Shown: positions 38,301 to 50,512 of the stretch, piece after piece
How the letters are laid out: each line of letters begins with the position of its first letter
Position numbering within the stretch: the stretch's first letter is position 1
Origin: Torpedo marmorata
Lineage: Eukaryota
Length of the DNA stretch: 64,000 bases
Reading direction: 5' to 3'
Assembly (NCBI GenBank): GCA_977017645.1
Contig: OZ360223.1
Span: 209,374,001 to 209,438,000 of the forward strand
Made by a program: the position numbers and the translations under genes
The notes under the pieces: generated by a model
What the model was told of the DNA's origin: nothing
Seen by the model: the letters and a program-made list of their open reading frames with translations, nothing else
Database searches by the model: none

Positions 38301-38620
38301 CAAGAATCGTGAGGGTGCTGATGGTGATTGGGGCTCCCGAAGAGCCTTGGGAGCTGACAGCTTCCTATTTGCTTCAGGGTTTGAACTTAGGGGCCATAGA
38401 GGGTAAACTTGGATGCCATAAGCTCAGGTACACTGCAGGACTGGACAGGGGCGACAGTTCCAAGCTTTGTCACCGACAACGAGTTCACCTGCTGAGCCTT
38501 TTTACCTTTCCCACCAAGCAGGCAAGTTCCATACTCACGGCATCAATTCATATTCCATTTCCCCCATAAAGTAGCATCATTTAAAACAAAAGGAGCAGAA
38601 AAGATTGCATTTGTCAATAC

Positions 38621-38768
38621 CTCAACAAACTTCCGCTGCCAACTTTCCAAAATGGCCGTTGCCTTCTCCAGGTTCCAATTAATATCGTGGATTTCGTAAT
38701 CATCCTTAAAATGTTCATAAAGTTGCTTGGGGCTCATCAGCAGATACATGGTCTGTAGAGCTTCAGCA
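38621..38768 (-). CDS. PTCH2: Patched 2 coding exon (exon 8 homolog, 148 bp)
   Basis: AEALQTMYLLMSPKQLYEHFKDDYEIHDINWNLEKATAILESWQRKFVE; tcaag acceptor, gtatt donor. Confidence 0.94.
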
Positions 38769-38957
38769 CTTGAGTGGGGAAAAATAACACATATTTAACT
38801 GATTTGTAAAAGACGCGCTTGAATTTTTATTATCCCTTTTCAAAAGACACTACAAAGCTCTTTTCCAGAAATTTGAGTATTCCTTCAGTGCAGTTTTAGA
38901 TTTTAATAAGGAGAGCAAGTATTCATGTGGTGTATCTGAACATCAGGTACTGTTTAA

Positions 38958-39210
38958 TTGGATCTGGAGCTTGGGTTGCCGATGGTTTGGACTGGACTCT
39001 GTGTGGCTGCGGAGGCTGCGGGAGCGCTGGAGGCGAATCCACAGACACTCGGTAACTCTGGGGGGAACTCTCTTTTGCTTCTCTTTCTCTGATGTAAGAG
39101 GCGCTTCAGGCAATTTCTGCCAATGCGAATCTGTCTGCCTCAGAGCAGACAAAAGCAATTCAATGTAATATGACACTGTTTTTATTACATGACAATAAAT
39201 TGAATCTTGA
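38958..39210 (+). mobile_element. 5'-truncated copy of the GC-rich non-autonomous element
   Basis: ggatctggagcttgggttgccgatgg...tgacaataaattgaatcttga matches the 3' third of the family. Confidence 0.8.
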
Positions 39211-41460
39211 AATCAAGGATTTAGCAGTAGAAAGAGTGTGCATTTTTCCTATATTAATAAAGTTGCTTTTATTTCAAAACCAGAAAATCCTGAAAAGCAG
39301 AGAACTTCAATCCATTTGGTAAGAACTGATCAGTAACATGATGGCACCGTGTAGTGTATCTTCAGCATGTGATGATAATTCCACTCTCTGAACTCCGTGA
39401 CATCCTGAGCTGGCCTCAGTGTGGCCACCGGAGGAGGGGTGGATTGGGCTCAACTCTAAATAAACTCATGCTGGACATCTGAAATATAAGCAGAGCATGC
39501 TGGAAATACAGCAGGCCAGGCAGCAGCCACACAAAACACATCATAGAGCCAACGTGCCAGATAAAAGATCCATCATTGTGAGTGACTCCGGCACTTTCTG
39601 CTTTCTTTTTCGGGCTCAGCTGCAATACCTGTCACCATCCAACTACTCATCAACATGCATACATTTTGCTGCTTGGCCCTTAGCGTCGATGCCTATAGTT
39701 TGGATGGTTGTGTAGAAGCACACATCAAAGTCAATGAGCTCAAGAAAGGGAAAGGTAAAGCACATTTTCAATTAATTTGGAAATAAATGGTGTTGATGGC
39801 TGCATACAAAAGACTGCAAATGGCCTAACGACTTGATGCAAATAATAAAAGAGTGGCAGGCATAGTTATTTCTCTAAAGTCTACAACCACGCTCATCATT
39901 TATGACATTTACACAGCCGCTGCATAACGGGAAAATCTCGGAAATTTCCCGTTATGCTGGCTGTGTAAAAATGTCGTGACGGAAATTAAGAACTAATTTC
40001 CGTCCCAACATTTTTCCTGCAGCAGCTCTCGACATTTTTACGGACTGCCTGCTATCTAAACTGAACTGCAGGCGGTCTGCAAAAATGGGTTAATGAATAC
40101 GACGTACCTGTGTACGTCCGAATCGACGTGGACCCACGTCTACCCTCCGGAATCACCGCAACGCAGGAAGTTAGTGTAAACGTCCATCCTGTGTGAACGG
40201 CCACTCCGGAGGGTAAGTATGCATATTGATGACGGGAAAATCTCGGTACTTCTGTCTAAAAAACATAATTGATGTGGTGAGAAGGATGGATATTGTTGGG
40301 AGCGTAAACACTGCCAGTTCCCAACTGCTGTACTAACTCCTCAGTTGACGAGGTGACTGGTGCTAGTCATTTTCAGGGCCAATATGAAAGAGCTAATGAA
40401 CTAAAAAGAGCACCTGTTTCCCTAGCTATGCTCCAGCAAAGATAGAATAGGCATGAAAGGAAAAAGAAATGAAAGAAAAGAGATGAGTATAGACTCTGAT
40501 TGGTGTGCGAGTAGAAAAATATTTAAGGTAACTTGCAGTGTCTGCTCTAGAAAGAGTTAAAGAGCACTTTCTTCGGAAGAAGAGGCTTTTCTGTTTTCCA
40601 CCAGTGTCTGTTCTCACTTGTCCACATGTCATTCAGTCAGGATCTTGTGCTCTCAGCCTGAAACTTTAGATCTGAGTCAGGTGACCTATCATTGCCTTCG
40701 GCATGATGTTTTTCAGGCCGGTTAAGACCCCTCCCAACACCTTAACCACACCACAATTTTATGGCACTTTATCACGGAGATCTTACAAGAGTGGAGCCAC
40801 AGGTGCAAATTCAGGCTGTGCTTTCAGCTACTGGGCAGCCTCTTGGTTGGCACCCTGACAATCAGAGCTCAAAGAGCAAAACTAGGATATCATAAATCAT
40901 ATCACAAAGTAATGTTTCCGAGTCTTTCATGGTCTGTTTAAAGGGATTGCACCACATCCATGGAGATTTCCCAGGTCATGTTCTGGGCAACGCACCAACT
41001 CTGTTGTAATCCCACTCATTTTACGTTGATTTTAAATAGAAAAAAAAAAGCACAAAAATTCTGGGATTGTATAACATTCCACTCATTTTTACATGATTTA
41101 AACTATTTCCTTTTTATAATTTGAAATGATCTGTGTTATTTTCTCCTGTCTTTAGGTTTCTCTCTTTCCAGCGCCACACGCAGCTCCCTAGGCATAACAT
41201 GAAGACACTCAGGGAGATCAGCAGCCAACTTTCATCACTGCTTTTGCTGGAAGGTGTAAAAGAGTAACACTGAAAAGGACTTTATTAGTTCGGGGAAAGA
41301 AGAAACTCTCATATTTGTAACAGCAGCTGCAAGTTGGGTAACGACCACCACTGACGTATTGTTTTATGAAACTCACATTCTATGTCACCACAACAACTAA
41401 AGCCACCTGTTCCTTTCCCTCTGCTCTATTAAAAAAACACACACTTCCATTAATCAACAT

Positions 41461-41685
41461 GAGGCGGCACGGATAGCGTAGCGGTTAGTGCAATGCTATT
41501 ACAGTGCCAGCGACCGGGGTTCGAATCCGGTGCTGTCTGTAAGGAGTTTGTATGCTCTCCCTGTGACCTGCGTGGGTTTCATCCAGGTGTTCTGGTTTCC
41601 TCCCACCCTTCAAAAACATACAGGGTTTGCGGGTTAATTGGTGTATTTTGGTGGAACGGGCTTACTGTGCTGTGTCTCTAAATGT
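41461..41685 (+). mobile_element. V-SINE (HE1-like)
   Basis: Same family. Confidence 0.85.
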
Positions 41686-42384
41686 AATTAAAAAACAATT
41701 AAAAAATAAAAATTAAAATTAAAAAAAAGAAATTTAATTAATTTAACAATTGAAATGAAGTATATGTTGGACAAATATCATTTGTATTAACTTCAAGGTT
41801 AAGTCCTTTAAGTGAGAATATCACTGGTGCTATATTTTACTTTAACTAAAGACATGTTAATTTTTAATATTATGTTATCATTGCTATGTTCTGGAATATT
41901 TCTGGGTGAAGTTACACAAGCTAAAATGCTGAGCACAGTGATACTATAAGTAAAATAATAATGGAATGTATTGGAAATACTTAGAAGACCAGGCAGCCTT
42001 TTTGAGAAGTACAGTGTCATTTTAGGTTATTGATTTTTCATCCGTTCACTGACCTGAAATCTCCCTGCGTCTATAGATGCAGTCTGATTTGCTTAATATT
42101 TTGAGCAATTTATATTTATATTTTCAGGTTTCAGATCAATGAATTGATTTTAAAAAATGCCAATGACCTGGTTGAGAACAGCTCCCACACTTCACAATGA
42201 GAATCAGTTGAATTGATATGGCTATAGTTATGAAATGCATTGCTCATCCAGAAACATGATTGGATACTACTGTACAAATATGAATGGATACTACTGTCTT
42301 AACCCAGCCATCCAAATGACTTCATTCCCACATCCTTTGCACCTTTGGGTTTCTGCTCTCTGCATGAGGTCCAGCAGCGAAGTG

Positions 42385-42620
42385 AAGATTTCAGACCCAG
42401 TACCTCTGCAAGCCTCCGAGGTTCAACACCTCTTCCCTCATCACCATCCAAGGACCTAATCATCCCTTTCAGGTGAGACAGAGATTCCCATGAACCTCTT
42501 CCAAACCTGACCTCTTGCATTCAGTGCTCGAGATGTGCCCACCTCTACGTCGGCAAGACCAAGGCATAGATTAGGCATCCATTCTGCACAGCGCCTGCAT
42601 TATTTCCGCAATGCACCCCT
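42385..42620 (+). mobile_element. Degraded Penelope-like GIY-YIG fragment
   Basis: ccctttcaggtgagacagagattc...ctctacgtcggcaagaccaagg resembles 11080-11170. Confidence 0.6.
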
Positions 42621-43772
42621 TGCACTGGCCAACTCTGTTTCTCAACTTTATGATAGATCTGCTCATTTTTGATGCTCACACACAGGCAGAAGTAAGATAA
42701 AAGTAATGACATAATTTGAAATGTTTTTCTTTTTAAAGAGAATCTTGGTGGTGAGACGGCCTTTCAAAGGGAATCCCAATATTTATATCCTTTTCTGTTT
42801 AAAAAAAACTTGCTGTTTGTTTGGCTCCTCCTTTAGCCAGACTCCCTTCAAAGTGGGCCTTACGCAAGAATGAAAGGAATGATAGGAGGCAGGATTATAT
42901 GCCCATTTACTAACTGCAATTGACAACTCTAATGTTCAAGTCCAAAGGTAGCAATGATTGTCCTTGCAAGGAATTTCCTTTGTAGTGCAGTTGTTGGAAG
43001 GCAAATCAGCTTGATTTGGCCTTAAACCTTTTCAAACCACCTGAGATCATAACAAAGCAAATCCACCTTCATAAAAATATTAGCCCAAATTGTGTTAATT
43101 GTGCTGGTCTACCATGCTAACAAGTTTCAGGAATTCCATGAAAATGCACAAGCCCCATTGGAGCTGGCCCTGCTCCACTGCCATTCTCCAGCTGCAGTCT
43201 GGCCCAGTGGTTGAGCAGAATCCTGCTGAGGTGCTGCACGCTGATGTTATACAACCTGCTCACAGATCCTGTACCAGATTAGACTCACTGCAGGATCTCT
43301 GAGCCGTGTCATTTGAACAGGGATTGCAGGGAAGAAACATAACAACAGTTACATTGTATCTGTGTTGGGTTTGATGTTTTATTTAAACATGTTTTGGCAT
43401 GTTTTAGTTGATGATTAAACAAATTAGCATTTAATTATAATAAAAAATTAAAACAGTTAAAAATAATGTGAATAGTGTTATCTGGGTATTAAGTCAAGGG
43501 GAGGCAGTGGATATCAAGAGAAACAGCTTCTCACATATTTCAGCTATTTTTGCTCCAAACTTACAATGGATAATGAAGGGAATCCAAATTCTTCCCTACT
43601 GTACCCATCAGCTGCTTAAGAGAGAAAAAATACTTTAATCCTATCACTCAGGTGAGACTTAAACCGAAGTGTCAAGAATTTGAGAAATCAAACTTCCTTT
43701 TCATTCTGCCATTAAGACCCAATTCTGCCCTGTAACTCAGTGCTCTGACTTTTCCTCTCCTTCGTGCCTTAC

Positions 43773-43894
43773 CTCAGCAGTATGTTCTGGGAATTTTTCT
43801 TTACACCACCCAAAATCAGCTCCTCTTGCCAATACATAAACTTCTTTGAGAATCCGTGGCAACCTCCAGTTAATTCAGTGGCAATATTAGGAGC
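43773..43894 (-). CDS. PTCH2: Patched 2 coding exon (exon 7 homolog, 122 bp)
   Basis: Read manually: APNIATELTGGCHGFSKKFMYWQEELILGGVKKNSQNILL; tgcag acceptor, gtaag donor. Confidence 0.95.
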
Positions 43895-44787
43895 CTGCAA
43901 CAACGTAAAATATGTTTAGTTATTTATATTTAGTAGCATCACTGTGACCTTTTAATTCATCCAAATTTAGCTTTTACTCTCCAGAGCAGTTCCCTGAGAA
44001 CAGGAACATCAGTGGTTCTCTGAAAAACAGTGAACAGGTTACTGGAGCCTTTACTATCAAGTTACTTTGTCTTGGTTTGAGTGCCTCCAGTCTCTGGATA
44101 GTCACCACCAGCTTGTGTCTAAAAATCATTTCACGCATTGATTGAACCAGCCAGAAGTGACAGCTTTATCTAGAAGAGTCAACACTTGGGTAGGTTTGTT
44201 TCAGGGAACCATATAAACTGGGTTTATCATTGTAAAAGGTAGATTTCATTCTGTCAGTCAAGCGATTATTCAAAAACAAAATCAGAAAGTAATGTTGGAA
44301 TAAAAGTGCACCTGGTCTCATAATTGAGCTCCCCAAATGAATAAGGAAGCTACTGATGAGTACTGGTGTGCTCCAGAATGAAATGGTACACCAGCAGTAA
44401 TAGCCAAAAACGACATGGTACATTTAAATATTTTACATTTAAATTTTTTTTAATATCTTTTACATTTAAATATTTGTGTGCTGAGGCTCTCATGAAAAAT
44501 TAACATATCTCTCCCAGCATGTGAAGCCCTGTGTTGGCATTGCTGACATCCAAAATTTATCCAAAGGTCAGAAGTGCAGAAATAAATTGCCAATGAATAA
44601 AAAACTGGCAGGTGCTAGAACTCTGAAATCAAAACAGAAAATGGGGAAGATACTCAGCAGGTCAGACAGCATCTGTGAAGAGAGAAACAACATTCAGATG
44701 AAGGGTCTCAATTCCTCTTTCCACAGATGCCATCTGACCAGCTGAGTGTTTCCAGCATTGAATGAAATAAAATGCCAAATGGCTTAC

Positions 44788-44983
44788 CTCCAGTGACTTT
44801 TTGTTTCGGGCAGTCACAGGGCACTCAGTATCAAACGGGTGCAGGCAAAGTCTATCCATGTAGGCATGTCCTACTTGTGCCTTATCCAGCATCTCCCTGA
44901 ATCCTTCCAAAGATGTAAACTGCCCTAGTTCATCCAGAAGCTGCACAGGGTCAAGGTTCATCCATTGAATATCTGGCTTTCCT
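44788..44983 (-). CDS. PTCH2: Patched 2 coding exon (exon 6 homolog, 196 bp)
   Basis: GKPDIQWMNLDPVQLLDELGQFTSLEGFREMLDKAQVGHAYMDRLCLHPFDTECPVTARNKKSLE; aacag acceptor, gtaag donor. Confidence 0.95.
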
Positions 44984-45029
44984 CTGTTGAAAGAAATATT
45001 TACCAATTTTTGCTGGTAATTTAAGGACT

Positions 45030-45252
45030 CATACTCTTGCACTTTAATGATTTTTTGTTCTCTCTGTATTGCAGTCAGTTTGTTTACATTTCTTTATTTG
45101 TTTACATGTATATGTGTCTTCTTGATGACAGTATTTTTGCACTACCAATAAGTGGTAATTCTGCCTCGCCCACAGGAAAAAGTATCTCAGGGTTTTATCT
45201 GATGTCATGTATCTACTCTGACAATAAGTCTGAACTTTATAAATCTGAACTT
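45030..45252 (+). mobile_element. Rex1-like LINE 3' UTR fragment
   Basis: Highly similar to 33020-33246. Confidence 0.75.
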
Positions 45253-47185
45253 TAAGGCACATGCTTTTCTATCTCCAAATGATGACATTGAAACTAGCAT
45301 TGTTTGTAATCAGTAGCCTGTAAACAATCTGAACAAACTGTGCATCAACTGTGTTAGTTATCAGATGGGTTGAACTGTTTTTTCACTGGAGTCAGATGGG
45401 GTAGGTCATGAACAAGTTGCTGCATGCTCAACCAACAGACTACAAGTTCAAAATCCAGTTTTGATTGGTATTTACAGTCAACTTTGATGGTTCTTATCAA
45501 AACCAGTAGATGGAGTGCTGCACTGAACGACAACTCAAAGTTAATAATTACTCATTGTAAAACACATCATTATCTGCAATGCAATTTAGTCATCATTATA
45601 AGACTAGGTTCTTCACTGGACAAAAACATCCCTTGCTTGTAGTCACCTCCCCAACTCAAACCCATCCCATCTAATTAGGTAGGAAAGTGATGAATCTTTG
45701 AGCTAGCATGGGCAATTTTACCACCAAAATTACACCTATACCCGACTCGTCCATGTTGTTGAAATGTTTTGTAATTATGAAAGTTACTACACTTCAAAAG
45801 TACTTTATTGGCTGTTAAATGCTTTGAGATATTCTGAAAGGGCATAAAAGGTACCATATAAATACGTTTTTAAAAATCTTTTTAACTAAGGCAGAAGGAT
45901 TCTATGACAAGGATCTCACCCTCATACCAACTTTATTGCTTCTTTCAGGATACGTTACCAGGTGCTGCAAGTTCATTGCCAAGTTTCTACAAAGAATCTT
46001 TGAACAGCAAAAGTTGCTTTTGGAACTTTCTCAATATATTGAGGCAGATGTCATTTCCAGAAGGAGCTTCAGTATCAAGCATCTTTGTTAATGGGTATGC
46101 TTCCCAATCATTATCTCCAAAGAAAAGCTTTCCTAATGGATCCTATTTTAGATTTATGCATTACTTTTTATGCAAAGTATCAATAAATATTGGGCATGTT
46201 GGAGGAGTTACAAGAGTGAGTGGATGTAAGACAGAAGAGTTGTCATTAACCTGATGAACCTCTGTATTTTTTTGTTTTGCCTGTTCTCATTTCAGCTGTG
46301 AGTGTTGTCTCATTACCTCCCCTATTATCAAATTCAGCAGGCCACTTTGTTAATTCTGATGATGATATTCTAGTTACTGTTTGAATTTAAAAATCGACTG
46401 CCCCAAAAAATCCCTAACAAAAATAGGCACTGCAGAAAGAAATATTATTGACAATCATAAATATCTTTAACTGTTCATTTTATAATGGGGCTACTGATGA
46501 CAAGACTCCCTCTTTATGGAAGTGATAATATGTGTTTAAGTAACTGTGCTTGATTTCCTCTGTCCACTACTTGAAGTGAAATCAAAAGCACATGTATGAA
46601 GAATGCGTGTATAACTTGGCTACAACCTGTAAACAGAAGACAGCTCCCCCTGTCACCAAATTCTTCTGATCAATCTGTGCTTCCATAAAAATGCTGTTCT
46701 GAAGGAATAAGACAATTCTACAGGTAATCTCTGTCAAAGGGAACTGTTTAGCTTGAAAGGAAGCAACCTTTAGTTACATTCTAGAGACACTAATCATGCT
46801 GGAGTCATTGATTCAGTCCAAGGTCTCATGCCATTCCACCATAACTGACTCCCCAGATGTTACATGAAGTGGGCAAAAAAGATAGGAGTCCATAAATATA
46901 GATATTCATAAAAATAAAAATGCTGCTTTCTCAACATTAGTATCCCTTCTGGTTCTAATGTATTACGAAACAGAATGAGGTGGTCTGTCGGCAAGTGCTT
47001 CCAATTGACTACACTTACCCATAGAGGTACCTTCTCCTTTAAGCTTATATCTTTGCCAGACGCAGAGTAAAAGACCATGTATTATCCCATTATGAAGGAA
47101 CAAAGTGAGGGAAAGCCTGATCAGGCCGCGGTGCCCACTCACATTTCTTAACTTTGTGCAGTGAGACATGACAATTACTGGGGAA

Positions 47186-47187
<2 letters not shown>

Positions 47188-47220
<33 letters not shown>

Positions 47221-47288
47221 TCTCTCCCTCTCTCTCCCTCTCCGTCTCTTCCTCTCCTTTTCTGTCTCTCTCTCCCTCTCCCTCTCCC
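47188..47288 (+). repeat. (CT)n / pyrimidine microsatellite
   Basis: Direct inspection; similar tracts at about 49720-49775, 7041-7072 and 16342-16360. Confidence 0.9.
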
Positions 47289-50200
47289 ATGTGTCTCGAT
47301 ATTACTAGTCTGTGGCTTATCCTGGACATTTTAAACTCCTGCAATGAAGGCAAGGAAGAGATCCCCTCTATATCTTTGGACATTGTTGGGATAGTTAATG
47401 AGGTATGCCTGAAATGAATAAACTGTAATACCATGCAACCTGCAGGTGAGATGAGCTGACCCTCTGATGATTCCTTAAGAGAGAGTCCTACCTGTGAACC
47501 TGTAGTCTGCAGGTTTTATTTGAGGGAAAATAAAGCGAATGAATAACTGGATCATGATCATAAAATAATCCTGAAAACTCATCAAAAACTAAGGATATTA
47601 TCAAATTTAAAAATGAATTATAATATGAACTCAAATAAGTGGAGCTATAACTCAGTATTCAAAATTAGTTTGCAAAGATATTAATGTGTTTGTTTGAAGT
47701 TGCCCCAACTTCTGCCTAATATTTGTTTCAATAGCAAATGGAGGAATTTTATTTATATGCGCTATTTCACACTGCACAGAATCAGCCAGTAGGAGAGGAA
47801 TAACAATTAGCGGAAATGCAGAAAAATAGATTATTTTATAAAGCCCTTTTGATAACTGATGTGGCAAAGCATCAGAATTGTTTTCCCACGTTGGTGTTTC
47901 TTTAAAGATGGGATTAGTGTCCTTCTGTTTAAGACCTCGAACTCTGCTGCAATTAAGTGATGTTTTAATAAACCCATTTTTCCTTCAGCAGGCACTCTCC
48001 ACCTGCACGTACCCAGGCTACGTGTCAGGCCCGATCAAATTAATTTTTCATTAAAGGTCTTTCCTCTAAATAATCAGATTACGCCCCACAAACAGAGCGC
48101 TGCGGTCTCCAACGCTGGCTGACACTCTAGATTGTGTCTCTCCCCCTCCCCCATTGTGCTCATTCCTCCTCCCACTCTCCATGTAACAGCTCTCTTCTCA
48201 GCCACATTAAATCATTAATCTCTTCATCTGTAAAATATCCTTTTGTACGGTTTTCTCCCGTCACCACAAAGAGTGTCTTTTTTTTTCTCTCCCTTTTCTT
48301 CTCATTTCAGTGCCTTTCAATACCCACTGCTGCCAACTCATCACCATTTGGAAGCCGAGCACAAAACTGGACTCAAGAAAGCAGGATGGAAGAGATTCCG
48401 ACATAGACCTGCTCCCTCCTCCCCAGCCTGCGTCTCTCCAAGGACAAGACCTAATAAAGTCCTTCAGAACTGTCAGGTCTCTCTTAGCTTCTTCACTGGA
48501 TGTGGGAGAGAAGATGTAGGAAAGTGGGGAGGTTGGGGGTTGCTGATGGTGTTAGAGGAATATCAATATGTTGTTGATTTTATCTCTGTGACTTTTAAAA
48601 AACTGATTTGCTTGTGGGACTCAAGAAAAAAATGTAAATGTTACTGTGATGTGTTATAGTATAATGGACACCACAAAATGACTATAACATGGTAACTTAA
48701 GCATTAAGTGCACAAATGATGGAAAGATTTTGAACTATCATCAAACAATTGAAATCAGGGAACAATCTTAAAAAATTTTTTTGTTTTCATCATCTGTTTT
48801 TATTTAATACCGATTTATTTAATATTATTTAATATTTTAAGGCAATGAAGGCAGAGGGATTTTGAAAGGGATGTCTTAGTCCCTGCAAGTGGCTGTCAGC
48901 AGATGCTGACTAGTGGCAGAATTCAGCTCCTTAAAGAGTGATGATGTCTGCTCAAGATAGGCACCATCTTTGACATCATCACCACAGTTTTAAAGTTTCG
49001 CACCAAATAAATACGACAACAGGATAAATCCAGCTCCTATTTTGCAGTCTGGAATTCTGCAAGGTTACATACTACCTGGGGATTGGATTCCAAGCCTTTT
49101 GCCATGAGAACTGCAAGTATCCATGGCAGTAAAATGCTATTGATCATTTATGATCTGACATTTCAGTGTCAGCCATGTGTCTATAAAGAAAATTTGAAAA
49201 GTGTTTTTCAGATGCATGCTTTATAAAAAAATATGCTGTCATTTAACGACATCTTCTGAGTTTAAAATTACCAGCCAAGCTGAAAGCAGAGTTCCACATG
49301 ATAAAATAATTAAAGTGTTTTTTAATTATTGGTGCTGCCTTATTTTATTTTGTTTCTTTTTAAGTCTCCTTCAATTGATTTATTGTAATCAAAGCCTTCC
49401 AACGATTTGACTTTTTCTCCACCCTCCCACCCAGTTGAAAGTTTACAAAGCAATAACCTGTTGGAAGGAAAATGGAAATGCACGGGATATCTCGAATAGA
49501 AGACAAGGAGAAAAAGTCCAATTCTGCCAGGATGACACTCCAATAATTCATGAGCAAGGCATTGCATGAAGCAAGCTCTTTCTGATTCCCACATACCAGC
49601 AACCCCTTCTACTGCAACCAAAGAGAGGCTCCTTTATCTCCTATTTCTTGCTTGAGTGAGCCTGCTCAAGGTCTTTTGTTTTTGTATGTTTGAGAATAGA
49701 TTGCCATTCTTTGTTTTCCTTCTTTCTCTCGTTCTCTCTCCCTCTCTCTCTCTCTCTCTCCCTCTTTCTCTCTCTTGCGTATTTCAAATTGGCTGAACTG
49801 AAGCGGAAGCTGACAGCACACACAGGCTTACCCTCGACAAGGCTGGGGAGGGGGTTGGGTGAACTGGTTGGGGGAGATGAAATTGGCAAAGTTGAGTGGA
49901 TTGGAGGGAGCGAGGAAACCAACTCAAAAGACGCTAAACACTGAAAACGTAACACGTACATGGCGATTTAAATAAAAAATTTAGGAAGAATAAGAGTCAG
50001 TGTCAGTTTAACACTGACAGAGTAAACACAAAAAGAGCTATGCAAAATCTTTCAAGGGAGGAATGCTGTCAAGTGAGCTGATTTTAATCGAAAGAGGGCT
50101 TTTTTCTTCTCAGGGGCATTTTTAAATAGGGCCCGTGGAATGAATAATGTGTACATTTTATTTGTTGGGCAACTTGCAGCAATAAGGTTCAGATTAGCAT

Positions 50201-50420
50201 GAGAATAACTTCAGTTACCGTCTGTTGACAAAGAATTCCCATGGGTCTCTCTGCTCCGCCTGACAAGTAACCACATCGCAGGGGAAGAATGCAAGCCATT
50301 GTTCAGCCTCTCACCACTTTAATTCAGACCAAAAACTTGGGAGAAATGTCCAGTGTGTCATTTTTAGAGGACCAATCCCTAAAACCCCAGAAACATAATA
50401 ATTAACACAGTCCTACTTAC

Positions 50421-50512
50421 GGTAGGTAGGCAGAACCTCCTTGAAGCTTGGCACCATCCCAGAAACAGTCTAAGGGAGTTAGAATAACACAGGGAAAAAG
50501 CTTCTCAATCAT
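50421..50512 (-). CDS. PTCH2: Patched 2 coding exon (exon 5 homolog, 92 bp)
   Basis: Read manually (absent from ORF track): [31 protein letters not shown]; ctag acceptor, gtaag donor. Confidence 0.95.

Noticed and set aside
37995-38490. GC-enriched segment resembling an old relative of the non-autonomous element (similar near 1680-1900 and 24100-24480)
   Set aside because: Similarity too weak to define boundaries or family by eye.
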